A stretch of DNA of 64,000 nucleotides from Mobula hypostoma (lineage: Eukaryota): positions 95,480,001 to 95,544,000 of the forward strand of contig NC_086104.1 of the NCBI RefSeq assembly GCF_963921235.1. The letters run 5' to 3'. The notes under the pieces are model-generated. The model searched no databases. It was given only the letters and a program-made list of their open reading frames with translations, and was not told where the DNA came from. A program made the translations under genes and the position numbers. Shown here one piece after another: positions 13,291 through 26,381 of this stretch; position 1 is the first letter of the stretch, and every line of letters begins with the position of its first letter.

Positions 13291-15229
13291 TAATCAGATT
13301 TACTACCTGCCATACTCCTTCCAGAGGTGAAAGTAAAACCGTAAACATGTAGATAGGCCCTCCATTGATCAAGGTCAACCATGGATGTCGCATGCTTGCT
13401 GTCTACACAAACCTGGGCAGTACGATTTGGAGAGCAAGCTGTTGCCCATGCAGCAGGCCCCCCCCACCCCACCCATGCAGCTGATGAATCCAAAGGAATG
13501 TCGGAGATCAATACGGTTTTGTGTCAGCAGCGTCACAGGAGTTGCCAGTCAGCAGTGAATTCAACGTAGGACTGCCTCAAGGACTCCAGCTCTGGATTTT
13601 TCCTCAGCATTTGCTCCCAAAGCCTTCCCCATGAGTGGGTATAGCCGCAAGGCAGTGGGGGTTTCAAATCAGAGTTTTCCTTCTAGATGAGCTGCCAACC
13701 ACGGCCCCGTCGGCCCGCAGTAAACACGTACATGTTGTAAAAAAGTGTACTGGTGAGAAAATGGCTGCAACAACTATACAAATGGGTTTAACAGGCCACA
13801 TTAGCAATGTCACTGAACCAGTCAGAAATTTCACCTTCAACACTTCCTCACTCTGTGGCTAATAAAATTTTTATTTTTACGTAGGAAGTATCCATTCCTA
13901 GTTGGAGCAGAAGTGAATGCTAGAAACACTTGGTAGGTCAGGCAGTGTCTGTAGAGTGTGGGGGTTTGCTGGGCTACTTCAGCCCCCGTTGTCATACTGA
14001 CTGGAAGCTCTCAGCTCTTGTGTAACATACAGAGAGGAGTTTCCAAAACTAGGGTCATTCTGCTTTGAGCCGAGAAGGTTGAGAGATCAAAGGGGGCATA
14101 ATTTTAAAGTGACTGCGGAAATGAATGGGGGGAACGTTAGAGGTAGTTCTTTTAACCTGTAGAATGGTGGGTGTGTGGAATGTGCTGCTGGTAGAGGCAG
14201 ATACATTAGAAACATTTAAGAGACTTAAGTAGGCACAGGGACAAAAGAAAAATGCAGGGTATGCGGGAGGCGGTGGTCGAGTTGATATTGGCGTAGGTTA
14301 AATGCATCATGGGCTGAAGGGCTTGTCTGTGCTGTAGTGTTCTATGATGAGACCAAAACTGCCATAATACTGCTAGAACAGTCTCACCAGGAGCCTGGAC
14401 GAGAAGACTAATTGAAGTGGTCACAGATTCACTTTTTGAGAGTGTCTTTAGGGGTAAAGAATGGGAGGGTTTTGGTTGGGGGAGGTTGCAGAGCTGACTG
14501 TCTGGGCACCTGAAGGTACAGACACAGCACTGCACTCAGTATCAGATGTTTATTAGGCTTCACACTCTACACACAGTGACTCCAGGTTCAAGTCACCAAA
14601 TTAAACCCATAGCAGCCACCAACTCTAGTACTTTTCTGGAGGTTTTCAGTCACACTCAATGCCTTTACTCCGAAAAAAATAGACGCGGTGGAATGTGTTT
14701 TCGTGAAGAAGAATGCTGAGTAAGTATTGGTTTTAGATATTCTGTAGCACACATTTGATGAATCTATGGAAAATAAGGTGCTAGATGTAAGATATCTTTT
14801 GGACTATTGTTCTTAGGATTCATTCACCATCTGAATGGGATCCTGTTCCACTCAATATGACCAATAAATATGAATTCCACAGTAATGAAAACAATGATAA
14901 GAGGGGACACACAAGTGTAAAGAAATACTGGCAATGTAAGTCATCTGTGTCAAGGCGACTAGTCCAATCACCAGGTTATTGCTACCCTGCTACACCTCAT
15001 TTCCCTAGACCCCTCTGGCCCTCTCCACCTATTGTCCCTGCAATGTTCTTCCGTCTCCATTCACCCTCCCTGAACCCTACTTTCTCCAGACCTGCCTCTC
15101 CCATGGATTGGCACAGTAATGTAACATCTGCTGGAAGGCTGGGGTTCAATTCCTGTTGCTGTCTGCAAGGAGTTTGTATGTTCTCCCCACGACGGCGTAT
15201 GACAACTCCCCCACTCCCCTCTCCCCATC

Positions 15230-16050
15230 CACTCTATCTAGGCCTTTCAACGTTCAATGGTTTTCAATGAGATCTCCCTTGTTTTCTAAACTCCAATGAG
15301 TAAAGGCTCAGAGACATCAAATGATCCTCATATGATATGCTTTTCATTGCTGGGATCATTCTCATGAACCTCCTCTGAGCCCTCTCCAATGCCAGCACAT
15401 CTTTTCTTAGATAAGGGGCCCAAAACTGCTCCCAATACTCCAGTGCTTTATAAAATCTCAACATACCATCCTTTTTATAATCCATTCCCCTTGAAATGAG
15501 GGGTAACATTGCATTTGGCTTCCTTACAAGTGACTCAACCTGCAAGTTAAATTTTAGGGAATCCTGCACAAGGACTCTCAAGTCCCTTTGCACGTCTGAT
15601 TTTTGAATTTAGAAAATAGTGTACACTATTTATTTATTCCTTCTACCAAAGTGAGTGACCATACAATTCTCTATACTTCATCTGTCACTTCTTTGCCCAT
15701 TCACCCAAACTGTCATAAATCCTTCTGCAGACTTCCTCGGCACTACCTGCACCTTCACCTATCTCTGTACTGTCCATAAACTTGGCCACAAAGTCATCGA
15801 TTCCATCCTCAAAATCATTGACATATAACGTGAAAAGAGTTGGTCCGAACACTGACCTCTGTGGAACATCACTAGTCACCAACAGCCAACCAGAAAAGGC
15901 CGCCTTTATTCCCATTCTCCATCCCCTGCCAGTCAGCCAACCTTCTATCAATGCTAGTATTTTTCCTATAATGCCATGGGCTCTTTTCTTGTTTATCAGC
16001 CTCATGTGCCGCACCTTATCAAAGGCCTTCTAAAAAGCCAAGTAAACAAC
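15230..16050 (-). mobile_element. CR1 LINE ORF2 reverse-transcriptase fragment
   Basis: ORFs 15685..16014 (VTSDVPQRSVFGPTLFTLYVND...AKFMDST, degenerate GVPQGSVLGP/FADDT) and 15264..15593 (DLRVLVQDSLK...LEYWEQFWAPYLRKD). Confidence 0.85.
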
Positions 16051-16054
16051 AGTA

Positions 16055-18345
16055 ATTTGGAAGAAGCAGGATAAGTTCATCCCAAGAAGAAGAAACATTC
16101 TAAAGGGAGGATGAGGCAACCATGGCTGACGAGGGAAGCCAAAGACAGCATAAAAGCAAAAGAAACAGAATATAACATCACACAAATTAGTAGAATAACA
16201 AAACAAAAAATAACAGTACAGGCTGTGCTGAGTTTTTAGGCTACTCCAAGATCAACCTAACCCTTCCCTTCCATATAATCCTCCATTTTCCTTTCATCCA
16301 TGTGCCTATCCCAGTTTTTCTTAAATGTCCTTGATGTATCTGCCTCTACCACCAACTTTGGCAGCATATTCCATGCATCCAGTACTCCCTGTGTAAAACA
16401 TTAAAAGAGGATACGTACCGGAAGATTTTCAGATAGAGTATATAAAGAGTAGAATAAAGGCAAGATTGGACATTGGTCTGCTGGAAAATGACATTGGAGA
16501 GGTAGTAATAAGAAACAAAGAAATGGTGGATGAACTCCTTAAGTATTTTCTTAGAGTCATAGAAAAGTGCAGCACAGAAACAGGCCCTTCAGCCCATCTA
16601 ATTCATGTCTAACCATTTAACCATGGCTACTCTCATCGACCTGCACCTGGACCATAGCCCTACCATCTATGTGCCTATCCAAACTTCTCTTAAACGTTGA
16701 AATTGATTCCGCATGCATCTTCACCCTTAGCCCATGACGTCTGGTTATAGTCCTACCCAACCTCAGTGGAAAAAGCCTGCTTGCATTTACCCTATCTATA
16801 CCCCTCATTATTTTGTATACCCCTATCAAACCTCCTCTCAATCATCTACATTCCAAAGAATAAAGTACAGTACTAACCTATTCATTTTTTCTTTCTAACT
16901 CAGGTCTTCCAGATTCAGCAACATTCTTGTGAATTTTTTTTGTATTCTTTCAACCTTATTTACATCTTTTCTTTAGGTAGGTGATCGAATCTGCACACGA
17001 GTCCAAATTACGCCTCACCAATGTCTTGTACAACTTCAACGTAATATTCCATCTCCTGTACTCAATACTTTGCATCAGTCTTCACTGTGGAGGACCCCAG
17101 CAGTGTGCCAGAAATTCGAGCGTCGGGGTGCAGAATTGAGTGTAGTTGTTAGTACAATGGAGAAGGTGCTTTGGAAGCTGAAAGGTCTAAGGCGGATAAG
17201 TCATCAGATGGACTACACCGCAGAGTTCTGAAAGAGGTAGCTGAAGAGATTGTGGAGGCATTAGTAGTGATCCTTCAAGAATCACTAGATTCTGGAATGA
17301 TTCTGTACAGCTGGAAAATTGCAAATATCACTTCCGTTCTTTAAGAGGGGAGGGAGGCAAAAGACAGGAAATTATGGATCAGTTTCTGATTTCAGTAGTT
17401 GACAAGATGTTAGTCTGTTATTAAGGGTGAGGTATTGGAGTACTTGGGTTCAGTTGATAGAATAGGCCAAAGTCAGCATGGTTTCCTTAAGGGGAAATCT
17501 TGCCTGACCGATCTGTTGGCATTCTCTGAGGAAAAAAAATAAGACAGGATAGAGAAAGGAGAGTCAGTGGATGACATTTTTTTGATTTACAAAAAGCCTT
17601 TGACAAGATGTTGCACATGAAGCTGTTAAACAAGACAAGAGCCTGTGATATTACGTACGTGAAAGATGCCAACATGACCGGAAGACTGGCTGACCGGCAG
17701 GACACAGAGTGGGAGGAGATGGGACCTTTCTGGTTGGCTGCCAGGGTTCCGTAGGGAGTGGTGTTGGGACTACTTCTTCTCACATTACGATACATGTGAA
17801 TGATTTCCATGATAGAATTGATGGCCTTGTGGCTAACTTTGCAGACAATACAAAGATAGGTGGATGGACAGGTAGTATTTGAGGAAGCAGGAGAATTTAG
17901 GCAGATTAGGAGAATACAGAGCAGGGAAGTGTATGGAAATGTACTTTGGCAGAAGGAATAAAGACACACTTTTTTTCTAAACGGGGAGCATATTCAAAAA
18001 TCAGAGGTGCAAAGGAACCTGGGAGTCCTAGGACAGGATTCCCTCAAGGTTAACTTGCAGATTGAATCAGTAGTAAGGAAGGTAAATGCATTGGGTAGCA
18101 TTCATTGCAAGAGGACAGAATATAAGAGCAAGGATGTGATGCTGAGGCTTTATAAAACATAGGTCAGACCGCACTTGGAGTATTGTGAGCAGTTTTGGGC
18201 CCCTTATCTAAGAAAGAATGTGCAAGCATTGGAGGGGGTCCAGACAAGGTTTACGAGAATGATCCCAGGAATTAAGGGGTTAACATATGAGGAGAATTTG
18301 ATGGCTTTGAGCCTGTACTCAGTAGAGTTTAGAAGACTGGGCAGG
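16055..18345 (+). mobile_element. CR1 LINE ORF2 (degraded), interrupted by two minus-strand CR1 3' ends (~16195-16400, ~16552-17072)
   Basis: SQHGFLKGKSCLT, DLQKAFDK, ANFADNTK and LEYCEQFWAPYLRK remnants; 16070-16160 matches 36375-36460. Confidence 0.8.
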
Positions 18346-18349
18346 GGTG

Positions 18350-19680
18350 ATGGAATTCGTCAACTTCATCAACTTTACCTCTAATTTCCACCCTACCCTT
18401 AAATCACTTGCTCCTCTTCTGGGACCTCTCTCCCCTTTCTTCATCTCTCTGTCTCCATCTCTGGGGCAAAGGGTCTACCAATATCTTTTATAAGCTGACT
18501 GATTCTCACAGCTATCTTGTCTATACATCTTGCCACCTGGAAAGATGCCATTCCCTTTTCTCAGTTCCTTCATCTCCACCACATCTGTTCCCAAGATAAG
18601 GCTTTCCTTTCCAGAACTTTAGAGATGTCCTCCTTTTTCAAAGAACTGGGTTTCCCTTAATCCACCATTGATGTTGCCTTCACCTGCATCTCCTCAATTT
18701 ACTAGACATTCACCGCCACCCCCTCTTCCCAGCGTCTTAACAGGGACAGAGTCCCTCTTGTCCTCACCTACTACCCCATGAGTCTCAGCATCCACAACAT
18801 CTGTCTTCAATGGGATCCTACCACCAAACACATCTTTACCTTCCCTCCACTCTGTACTTTTCACAGGGATCACTCCCTCTGAGACCCCCTTGCTACTAAG
18901 CTCCCTCCTCGCACTTAGCCCTACCAAGCAGAAGGCGTGCTTAACCTAGCCATTCACCTCCTCCCTCACCTCCATTCAGGGCCCCAAGCAGTTCTTCCAG
19001 CTGAGGAAACAATTCAGCTGTGAATCTGTTGGGGTCATCTACTGTATCCAGTGCTCCCAATGTGGCATCCTATACATTGGTGAGGCCAACTTTGCCGAGC
19101 ACTTCCGCAACAAGGAAGATTACTCACTGACCAACCACTTTAACTCCAGTCCCCATTCCCATTTGACTGGTGAGTCCATGGCTCCTCTCCTGCCATCATG
19201 AGGCCACACTCAGGTTGGAGGAGCAACAGCTCATATTCTGTCTGGGTGAAGACATGAACATTGTTTTCTCTTCTTTCCGGTAATTTTTCCCCCTTCTCCC
19301 TTTCTTCTCTCTTCTTCCATTCCCCGCACTGGCTCCCTCTTACCTCTTCTCTTCTCCTTACTTGCCTATCACATCCCTCTTGTGTCCCTCCTCCTTCCCT
19401 TTCTCCCACGGTCCACTCTTTTCTCTATCAGATTCCTTCTTCTCCAACCCTTTACCTTTTCCATCCAACACCTCCCAACTTTTCACTTCAGCCCTCCTTC
19501 CTCCACCCACCTGGCTTCACCTTTCACCTTCTAGCTTTTACTCTCCCCCCACCCCTTCTTAATCTGACTTCTTCCCGCTTTCTTTCCAGTCCTGATAAAG
19601 GGTCTTGGCTCGAGATGTTGATTATGTAATTCTTTCCACTCATGCTGCCTGGCTTGCTAAGTTCCTTCAGCGTTTTGTAT
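18350..19680 (+). mobile_element. Penelope-like element (RT C-terminus, GIY-YIG, terminal repeat), degraded
   Basis: STNIFYKLTDSHSYLVYTSCH (PLE RT C-terminal YxKPT...YLxxxSxH motif) and GVIYCIQCSQCGILYIGE at ~19030-19085. Confidence 0.8.
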
Positions 19681-19958
19681 GATGTGCTTCTATCCTCCCA
19701 ATTGACACTATGACACATACTGTATTTCACACACCTTTGCACATTGCTTGTTTGTTATTTGTCAGTCTTTATGTGTAGATTTTCATAAATTCTATTGTAT
19801 TTCTTTATATTCCTGTAAATGCCTTCACGAAAATGTATCTCAAGATAGTATATGGTAACATATATGTACTTCGATAAAAATATACCATGACTTTGACGAC
19901 TTCTAAACGTCATAATGCAAAGCATCTGAAAAGAACTACTACTCCCATGACGCTCTCA

Positions 19959-20456
<498 letters not shown>

Positions 20457-22078
20457 TCAATTCTCCACAAGCAAATCAGTTGTATGTCGGACCGTCATCT
20501 CTTTAATACTAATTGTGAATTTGAGAAGGTTCGGCTTATTTTACTCAGAGTGACATTTCAGTTAATACTCTGTGTATAATTAAAAATATACAAATTGAAT
20601 TGTCTTTATGTAATATAAAACAAAATTTATAATTGATTAGCGACTTATTAATTAGTAAATAATATGAAATTAGCATAATACACAATGAGTGAAATTACTG
20701 TTACACATAATCAGGAATAATGTACCGTATTAAACTTTATTTAATATATAATCTGAAGTGATGCAATTTATATTTTTATATAAAGTGTAATCTGAAATAT
20801 GTGCAAGCCGAAATAACTAATTGGTATCATATAGTGTATACAATCTGAAATAATGTAATTGGAATTACGTTTAATATCATGTATGAATTTGTAAATAATA
20901 TAGTTTGCATAACATTAGTTCCAATTATACAATATGCTGTGTAATATAATACAAGTTGAATAAGTTCTGTAGATTTTACACGGGCATTGGACAGCCTGAA
21001 CTGTACAATTTAAATATAATTTATTGTAGAATCTAATAATTTGAGCTGCTCCACTGCTCTGCTAATTTTATAGAGCTGATTCAGCCTTCAATTCAGCAAA
21101 AAAGGATCCTTTGAACTAATTCTGTGCTAAAAGATGATACACAAAATTGTAATGGAATCATAATTTACAATTTATGATTGAAACTTCAACGTTTAGTAAG
21201 TTGATAAAGGATTGTAGTGTGATCAATAAATTGGATTGTACGTAGGTACAACTGAAATAATGTTTTATACAAGGCGCTCCACATTCAATCATATAATATT
21301 TACATAATGCACAATCGGATAATTCGGTTTGCCCAGTGATATTAAATTCTACAGAGCAGATTGAATTTGCTTCTTAAATATGATATGTAATCGGAAATAA
21401 TAAATACTACTTTTAATAATAAATTTAAAAACTATAACTCACAGAGCGAGTTAGTGGATCAGTTTATTTCGTTCGATTGATCAATAAAATAATTAATGGA
21501 GTCCAGTTATGTAGTACACATATTACAATGTACGACTATAAAAATAAGCTACAGAAGGTGCTTTTAGGGAAAAATGGGTCTCTCCCTCGCTGTCTAACAA
21601 TGTATGAAAATAAGAAAAAAGCTGGAGACGCTGTACAGGTGCTCAGTCACGTTAACCTTGTTTCTCTTCCCACCTGCTGAGCATTTGCAACGTTTTCCTA
21701 TTTGATTTAACATAATGTTTAATATAACGAAAATCTGTATTTCATTCATACTTGATATTGTTTCACATTATTCGTTATATTACAGGCATACATTAATATA
21801 TGCCTGTGATTTTTATTAGTGTGCAATTTCAATACACTAAAATGAATATGTTACTTTCGATTTCTGATATAAAATATATTAAAACAATGTGCACTGTATT
21901 TAATAAATCGAAGGTAATTTTTATTTGCTATGCCAAGGTATTTTTTTTGGGGGGGGGTTCTTTACCTTGCGGTCCTTATTAATGCGCGGCTCTCTGGGTC
22001 TCGTTTAGAGACGAAGATTTCTCTTTACTTTGCCGAGTTTGGTGATGATTAACCAGAGTTCCAGCAGCTTGGCCTTAC

Positions 22079-22278
22079 CTTGATTTTCGTTCGCAAGACA
22101 CTGCGCTTTTTGAATTCCGACTCCAGAACTTGCTCCTCAGCATTCTCCTGGCCCGGTTCGGTCTTGCAAAGGAGGCGGCGCTCGTTTGAATCGTTTAACA
22201 GTTCGTCCAAACCGATTGTTCCGGGTGCGGTATTTTCGGTTTTCCCTTCTTGGTAACTCGGGAAACTATTCAAAATGA
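22079..22278 (-). CDS. OVOL2: OVOL2 exon 2
   Basis: Acceptor tttcccatttccag (AG 22280-22279), donor GTAAGG from 22078; 200 nt, phase 1 in and phase 0 out, ends ...RSVLRTKIK as in OVOL proteins. Confidence 0.9.
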
Positions 22279-23143
22279 CTGGAAATGGGAAATAAAACTT
22301 TTACACAACGGTGACCGGTGCAGGGTGATCGTTGCGGGGACCGTTGGCCGTTGGGAGCAGTTTGAACAATGGGTTGTGATGTTTTTTTTAGTTTGTTTGA
22401 ATTCTGGGTGTTGTCGGGCACTCCGATCAGTCTCCGACTGAAAGGAATGCAACGTGATACTCGCCATGAATTCGACCCTTGGCCGGCGCCTGTGGAAGCG
22501 GAGCGGGGCCCCGGGTCCCGTTATGTTTACGCTGGCAGGTTGCAGTTTTAAGCGACAATGTGGGTTGGGAGGGGGTGCCCTCCGTGTACGAAGACGCCGA
22601 CCCCCCCTCCCCCTCCTCGAATCTGCCAACAGACCTGGAGACTGGTGGAATCAGAGGGCAGAGAGCGCCCACGCTGCAGTATAAACACTACCTGCCCTTT
22701 TATGGGACTTTGGTATCCGGGAGCATTGCGGTGCCCCTTTGAAAGCTCCCCGTTCTCTTCCGAGATGGAAACCCACCCAAATGAAGAAGTGGGGAGGGGG
22801 TGGGAGGGGGGCTAGAGTGTTCGTCTTCAGCTCAGTGTTAGACCACCGTGAGACTGCGCCTCTTTCACGGGCTCTGCCCGCTGTACTTGTTTGGACCTTG
22901 TTCGAGCATTCTCCCAACAGGCTGTAAAGGTAGATTGATGCTGATAGTGAGAGGGCTTTTTTTTGTGTGCGCGGGACAGAAGGCCAATCAATAGTCTCTG
23001 CCCCTCTCCCCATTTTTATCCCGTATTCCCTTTCTCCTCTGCTCTCCTTGCCCCGGCACCCCTCCCCCCGCCCGCGCCCTCACCCCCCACCCCCAGCTCT
23101 GGCCACCTTCACCCCCGGCCAAGCCTGCTTACGTCCGCTTCAC

Positions 23144-23243
23144 CTGGTATGTAGGTGTCGGCGCGCTCCTCGTCGGGCAGCTCGTTCCAGTCGCGGATCT
23201 CGGGATAAGGCTCCTTCCTTTTCACCAGGAATGCCCTGGGCAT
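23144..23243 (-). CDS. OVOL2: OVOL2 exon 1 coding part (SNAG domain)
   Basis: ATG 23243-23241; MPRAFLVKRKEPYPEIRDWNELPDEERADTYIP + G, donor GTGAAG from 23143. Exons sum to 100+200+187+299 = 786 nt = 261 aa + stop. Missed by the ORF track. Confidence 0.95.
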
Positions 23244-25079
23244 GGCTGCGAGCGCTCGGCGGGGATGCAGCAGAAGCCGGGTTCCCTCCTACCTCCACCT
23301 GACCCCCCTTTCCTTCATACAAATCGGATCCTTCTCCAGGCTAAGTCCCGAGCCTCCAGGTGTCCGGGGAAAGGCCGATCCCGCTTCCTCCGGAGTCTTT
23401 GCTTTATTTTAGAGAAGGATTGGCGAGGCGAGGTGTTGAGAGAAAGACCCACCTGGCCAGCTACCTTTGCGCTAACAGGAAAAAGTTTGCTCCTGTAATT
23501 GAAAATACAACAGGAAATTTGCGAGGGCGCATGCGTTCTGAGAAAATAACGGTGTCAACAAGCCCTTGTACCTGTCTGACCGGTTGGTACAGCTTCGTTT
23601 TGTTCCCTGCCCTTCTCATCGCACGGATGTTTGCAAAACGGCCAACGATACAGCGACCTTTGTTGGCGTTTGTGCTCTGCACACGTTTAATATCAGGATA
23701 TGCTTCTTCCAACAAAAATGTTTTACTCATTGACCGGTAGCATGTTTCACCAAACTTTGATCATCCCAAGTTTTCGCTGTATTCCGCCCTCCCCCTTATA
23801 GAGTTTCTGCGATTTTCACCCCCAGATTTAGACGAGCTAACCAGGTGAAGTGAGAGAAAGCGGTGTGGGGTTTTCCGGTGCTGGACTGCATCGGGATTGA
23901 CTGTGTTCGCAGCCAATCCAAGTGCATACCTGGATTTTTTTTAAATGCCTGGAAGGGGTTTGCAAGCATTTACCACCCTTCCTGTTAAGATGAAATCTGA
24001 GATCATATCAGCTCTTGTAATAAATATGGTTGGTCGTTGAGAAGGGCAAACAGTTTATTGAAAGGCAGGAAGGTGTACCGCCTCTCTCTCTCCTCCCCGT
24101 TTAAACCCACCCCACACCTTCTGAAAAGGTGATGCCCAAATCGAGGATCGCGCATGAAGTATCAAACCGCGCGGTTCTATTTCCACACCGGGTGCAGAGA
24201 GTGTCAGCTGAACTGGAGAAGCGAGGCGCTACTTCGTGTACCGTATTCAGGCAGGCTAACCTGCCGGAGAGAGATCTCCCTTGCTCCGGTTCAGGGCGCG
24301 TTGCTTCATTTGTTTAGCAAATCTCCCCTAGCGTGTTCTTACATTGTGTCAGTTCCAAAGCTGCTAATCGCTTGATGTGGTGTGAAGAGCCACCCCACTC
24401 GCCTTCCACCGTCACCGCCGCCGCTTCGTTTTTAACCAGACGGATTAATAGTCTCTTGTACACATCTCTCTATGCGCTTCTACAAAATTTAACTCCCATA
24501 CATTTACGCCGCGTTTCGGCTGAAGAGACACTCTAACGAGAACCTCTTGCTCACTCTCGTTGACTGAACCAGGCGTCACCAGCACGTGGTAACGGTTTAG
24601 GAATTTCCACTTGCACAAAAGCCGCGCGAAACACTAAACCGTAGGGTTTGTCTCTCAATCTCACTGGGAGCAAATAGTTGTTTTCGCCTTACGGACATCC
24701 GTGGGCAGCAGAGTGGCTGCGGGCAAGGGTATGAAATAACAGGTACGCCGCCTTGCTGGCAATGATTGGGCTGCTGGTCACTGCTACAAGTTTTGAAGCT
24801 TTGCAGTTATGGTCAAAGTAAAATAGTATTGTGCGAACGATTGGTAAGTCCACAGTCAAAAACACGCGAGTAACAATCTTCCAGCAGGCACAAAGGTGAC
24901 TTACTGATAAAATTCGTTGGTTTTTGAAACTTGTGTTCAAATTGAATGTAGAAACGTTTGTGTAGAAAACTGCAAAACGAACTTTCCCTCGGGTTGGCTT
25001 CGCATTTCTTTACTTGTTTTCACGGGTATACCATTGGTGTTGGTTTGGTGGGCTGGTGAAGGGAAGAGCCGATAGAGAT

Positions 25080-25540
25080 GCCCCTGTCACATGATTGCTG
25101 GATCAACCATTGCATAATCCAAAAACATACAGTACCTCCATCAAACCCGCTCCCAATGCAGAAAACGGTGGCTACCATCCAGACCATCGCAAGTAAAATC
25201 CTCCCCACCACGGAGCGCATTTACAGGGAACACTGCCGCAGGAAAGCGGCATCCATCATCACGGACCTCCTCATTCCAGGCCACTCCTCCATTTCCCTAC
25301 TACCATCAGGCAGGAGATACGGGAGCTGCAGGTCGCACACCACCAGGGTCAGGAACAGATATTGTTCTTCAGCCGTCACGCTCTTGAACCTGCACCGATA
25401 ACTTTACTCTCCTCAACTCTGAACTGATTTCACAGCCAACAGACTCACTTTCAAGGCCTCTACAATACACGTTCCCAGTATTTATCTTTGCACAATCTGT
25501 CTTATTTTGCACATTGGTTGATCGTCAGTCTTTAATAATG
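25080..25540 (+). mobile_element. Rex/Babar-type LINE 3' end
   Basis: ORF 25078..25401: LPTTERIYREHCRRKAASII...LLPSGRRYGSCRSHTTRVRN. Confidence 0.75.
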
Positions 25541-25542
25541 TA

Positions 25543-26378
25543 CTGTGGCATGCAAAAGTTCAGGCACCTCGGTCAAAATTTCTGTTACTGTGAACAGCTG
25601 AGCCAGTAAAAGATGAACTGATTTCCAAAAGGCATAAAGTTAAAGATGACACATTTCTTTAATACTTCAAGCAAGAAAACTTCTTTATTTCCATCTTTTA
25701 CTGTTTCAAAATAACAAAAAAGGAAACGGGCCGAAGTAAAAGTTTGGGCACCCTGCATGGCCAGTACTTAGTAACACCTCTTTGGCAAGTATCACAGCTT
25801 GTAAACGCTTTTTGTAGCCAGCTAAGAGTCTTTCAATTCTTGTTTGGGGGATTTTTACCCATTCTTCCTTGCAAAAGCCTTCTGGTTCAGTGAGATTCTT
25901 GGGCTGTCTTGCATGCACTGCTCTTTTCAGGTCTATCCACAGATTCTTGATGATGTTTAGGTCGGGGGACTGTGAGGGCCATGGCAAAACCTTCAGCTTG
26001 CGCCTCTTGAGGTAGTCCATTGTGGATTTTGAAGTGTGCTTTGGATCATTATCCTGTTGTAGAAGCCATCCTCTTTTCATCTTCAGCTTTTTTACAGGCG
26101 GTATGATGTTTGCTTCCAGACTTTGCTGGTATTCAATTGAATTCATTCTTCCCTCTACCAGTAAATGTTCCCCATACCACTGGTTGCAACACAAGCCCAC
26201 ACATGATCGATCCACCTCTGTGCTTAACAGTTGGAGAGAGGTTCTTTTCATGAAATTCTGCACCCTTTTTTCTCCAAACATACCTTTGCTCATTGTGGCC
26301 AAAAAGTTCTATTTTAACTTCATCAGTCCGCAGGATTTGTTTCCAAAATGCATCAGGCTTGTTTAGATGTTCCTTTGA
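25543..26378 (-). mobile_element. Tc1 transposon, 3' half (defective DD34E transposase + long IR/DR-type terminal repeat)
   Basis: LQQDNDPKHTSK...WPSQSPDLNIIKNLW with 34 residues between the second D and the E position (here K); FWKQILRTDEVKIELFG in another frame. TA then ctgtggcatgcaaaagttcaggcacc at 25541-25568; inner repeat aaaagtttgggcacc at ~25737. Confidence 0.9.
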
Positions 26379-26381
26379 ACT

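Larger units (their letters stand above)
22000..24750 (-). promoter_or_regulatory. CpG-rich, repeat-free region spanning the OVOL2 promoter, exon 1 and intron 1
   Basis: Visibly elevated CpG; GCGCATGCG (NRF1-like) 23527-23535, GACCGGTT (GRHL-like) 23578-23585, TAACGG 23547 and 24590, several CAGGTG/CACCTG, CCAAT near 23913. Confidence 0.65.

Noticed and set aside
22250-23740. Many overlapping 60-126 aa ORFs around OVOL2 exon 1
   Set aside because: Expected in GC-rich, stop-poor sequence; no recognisable protein similarity.
25706-26302. Active Tc1 transposase
   Set aside because: Catalytic E replaced by K, frameshifts, and no N-terminal DNA-binding domain or second terminal repeat.
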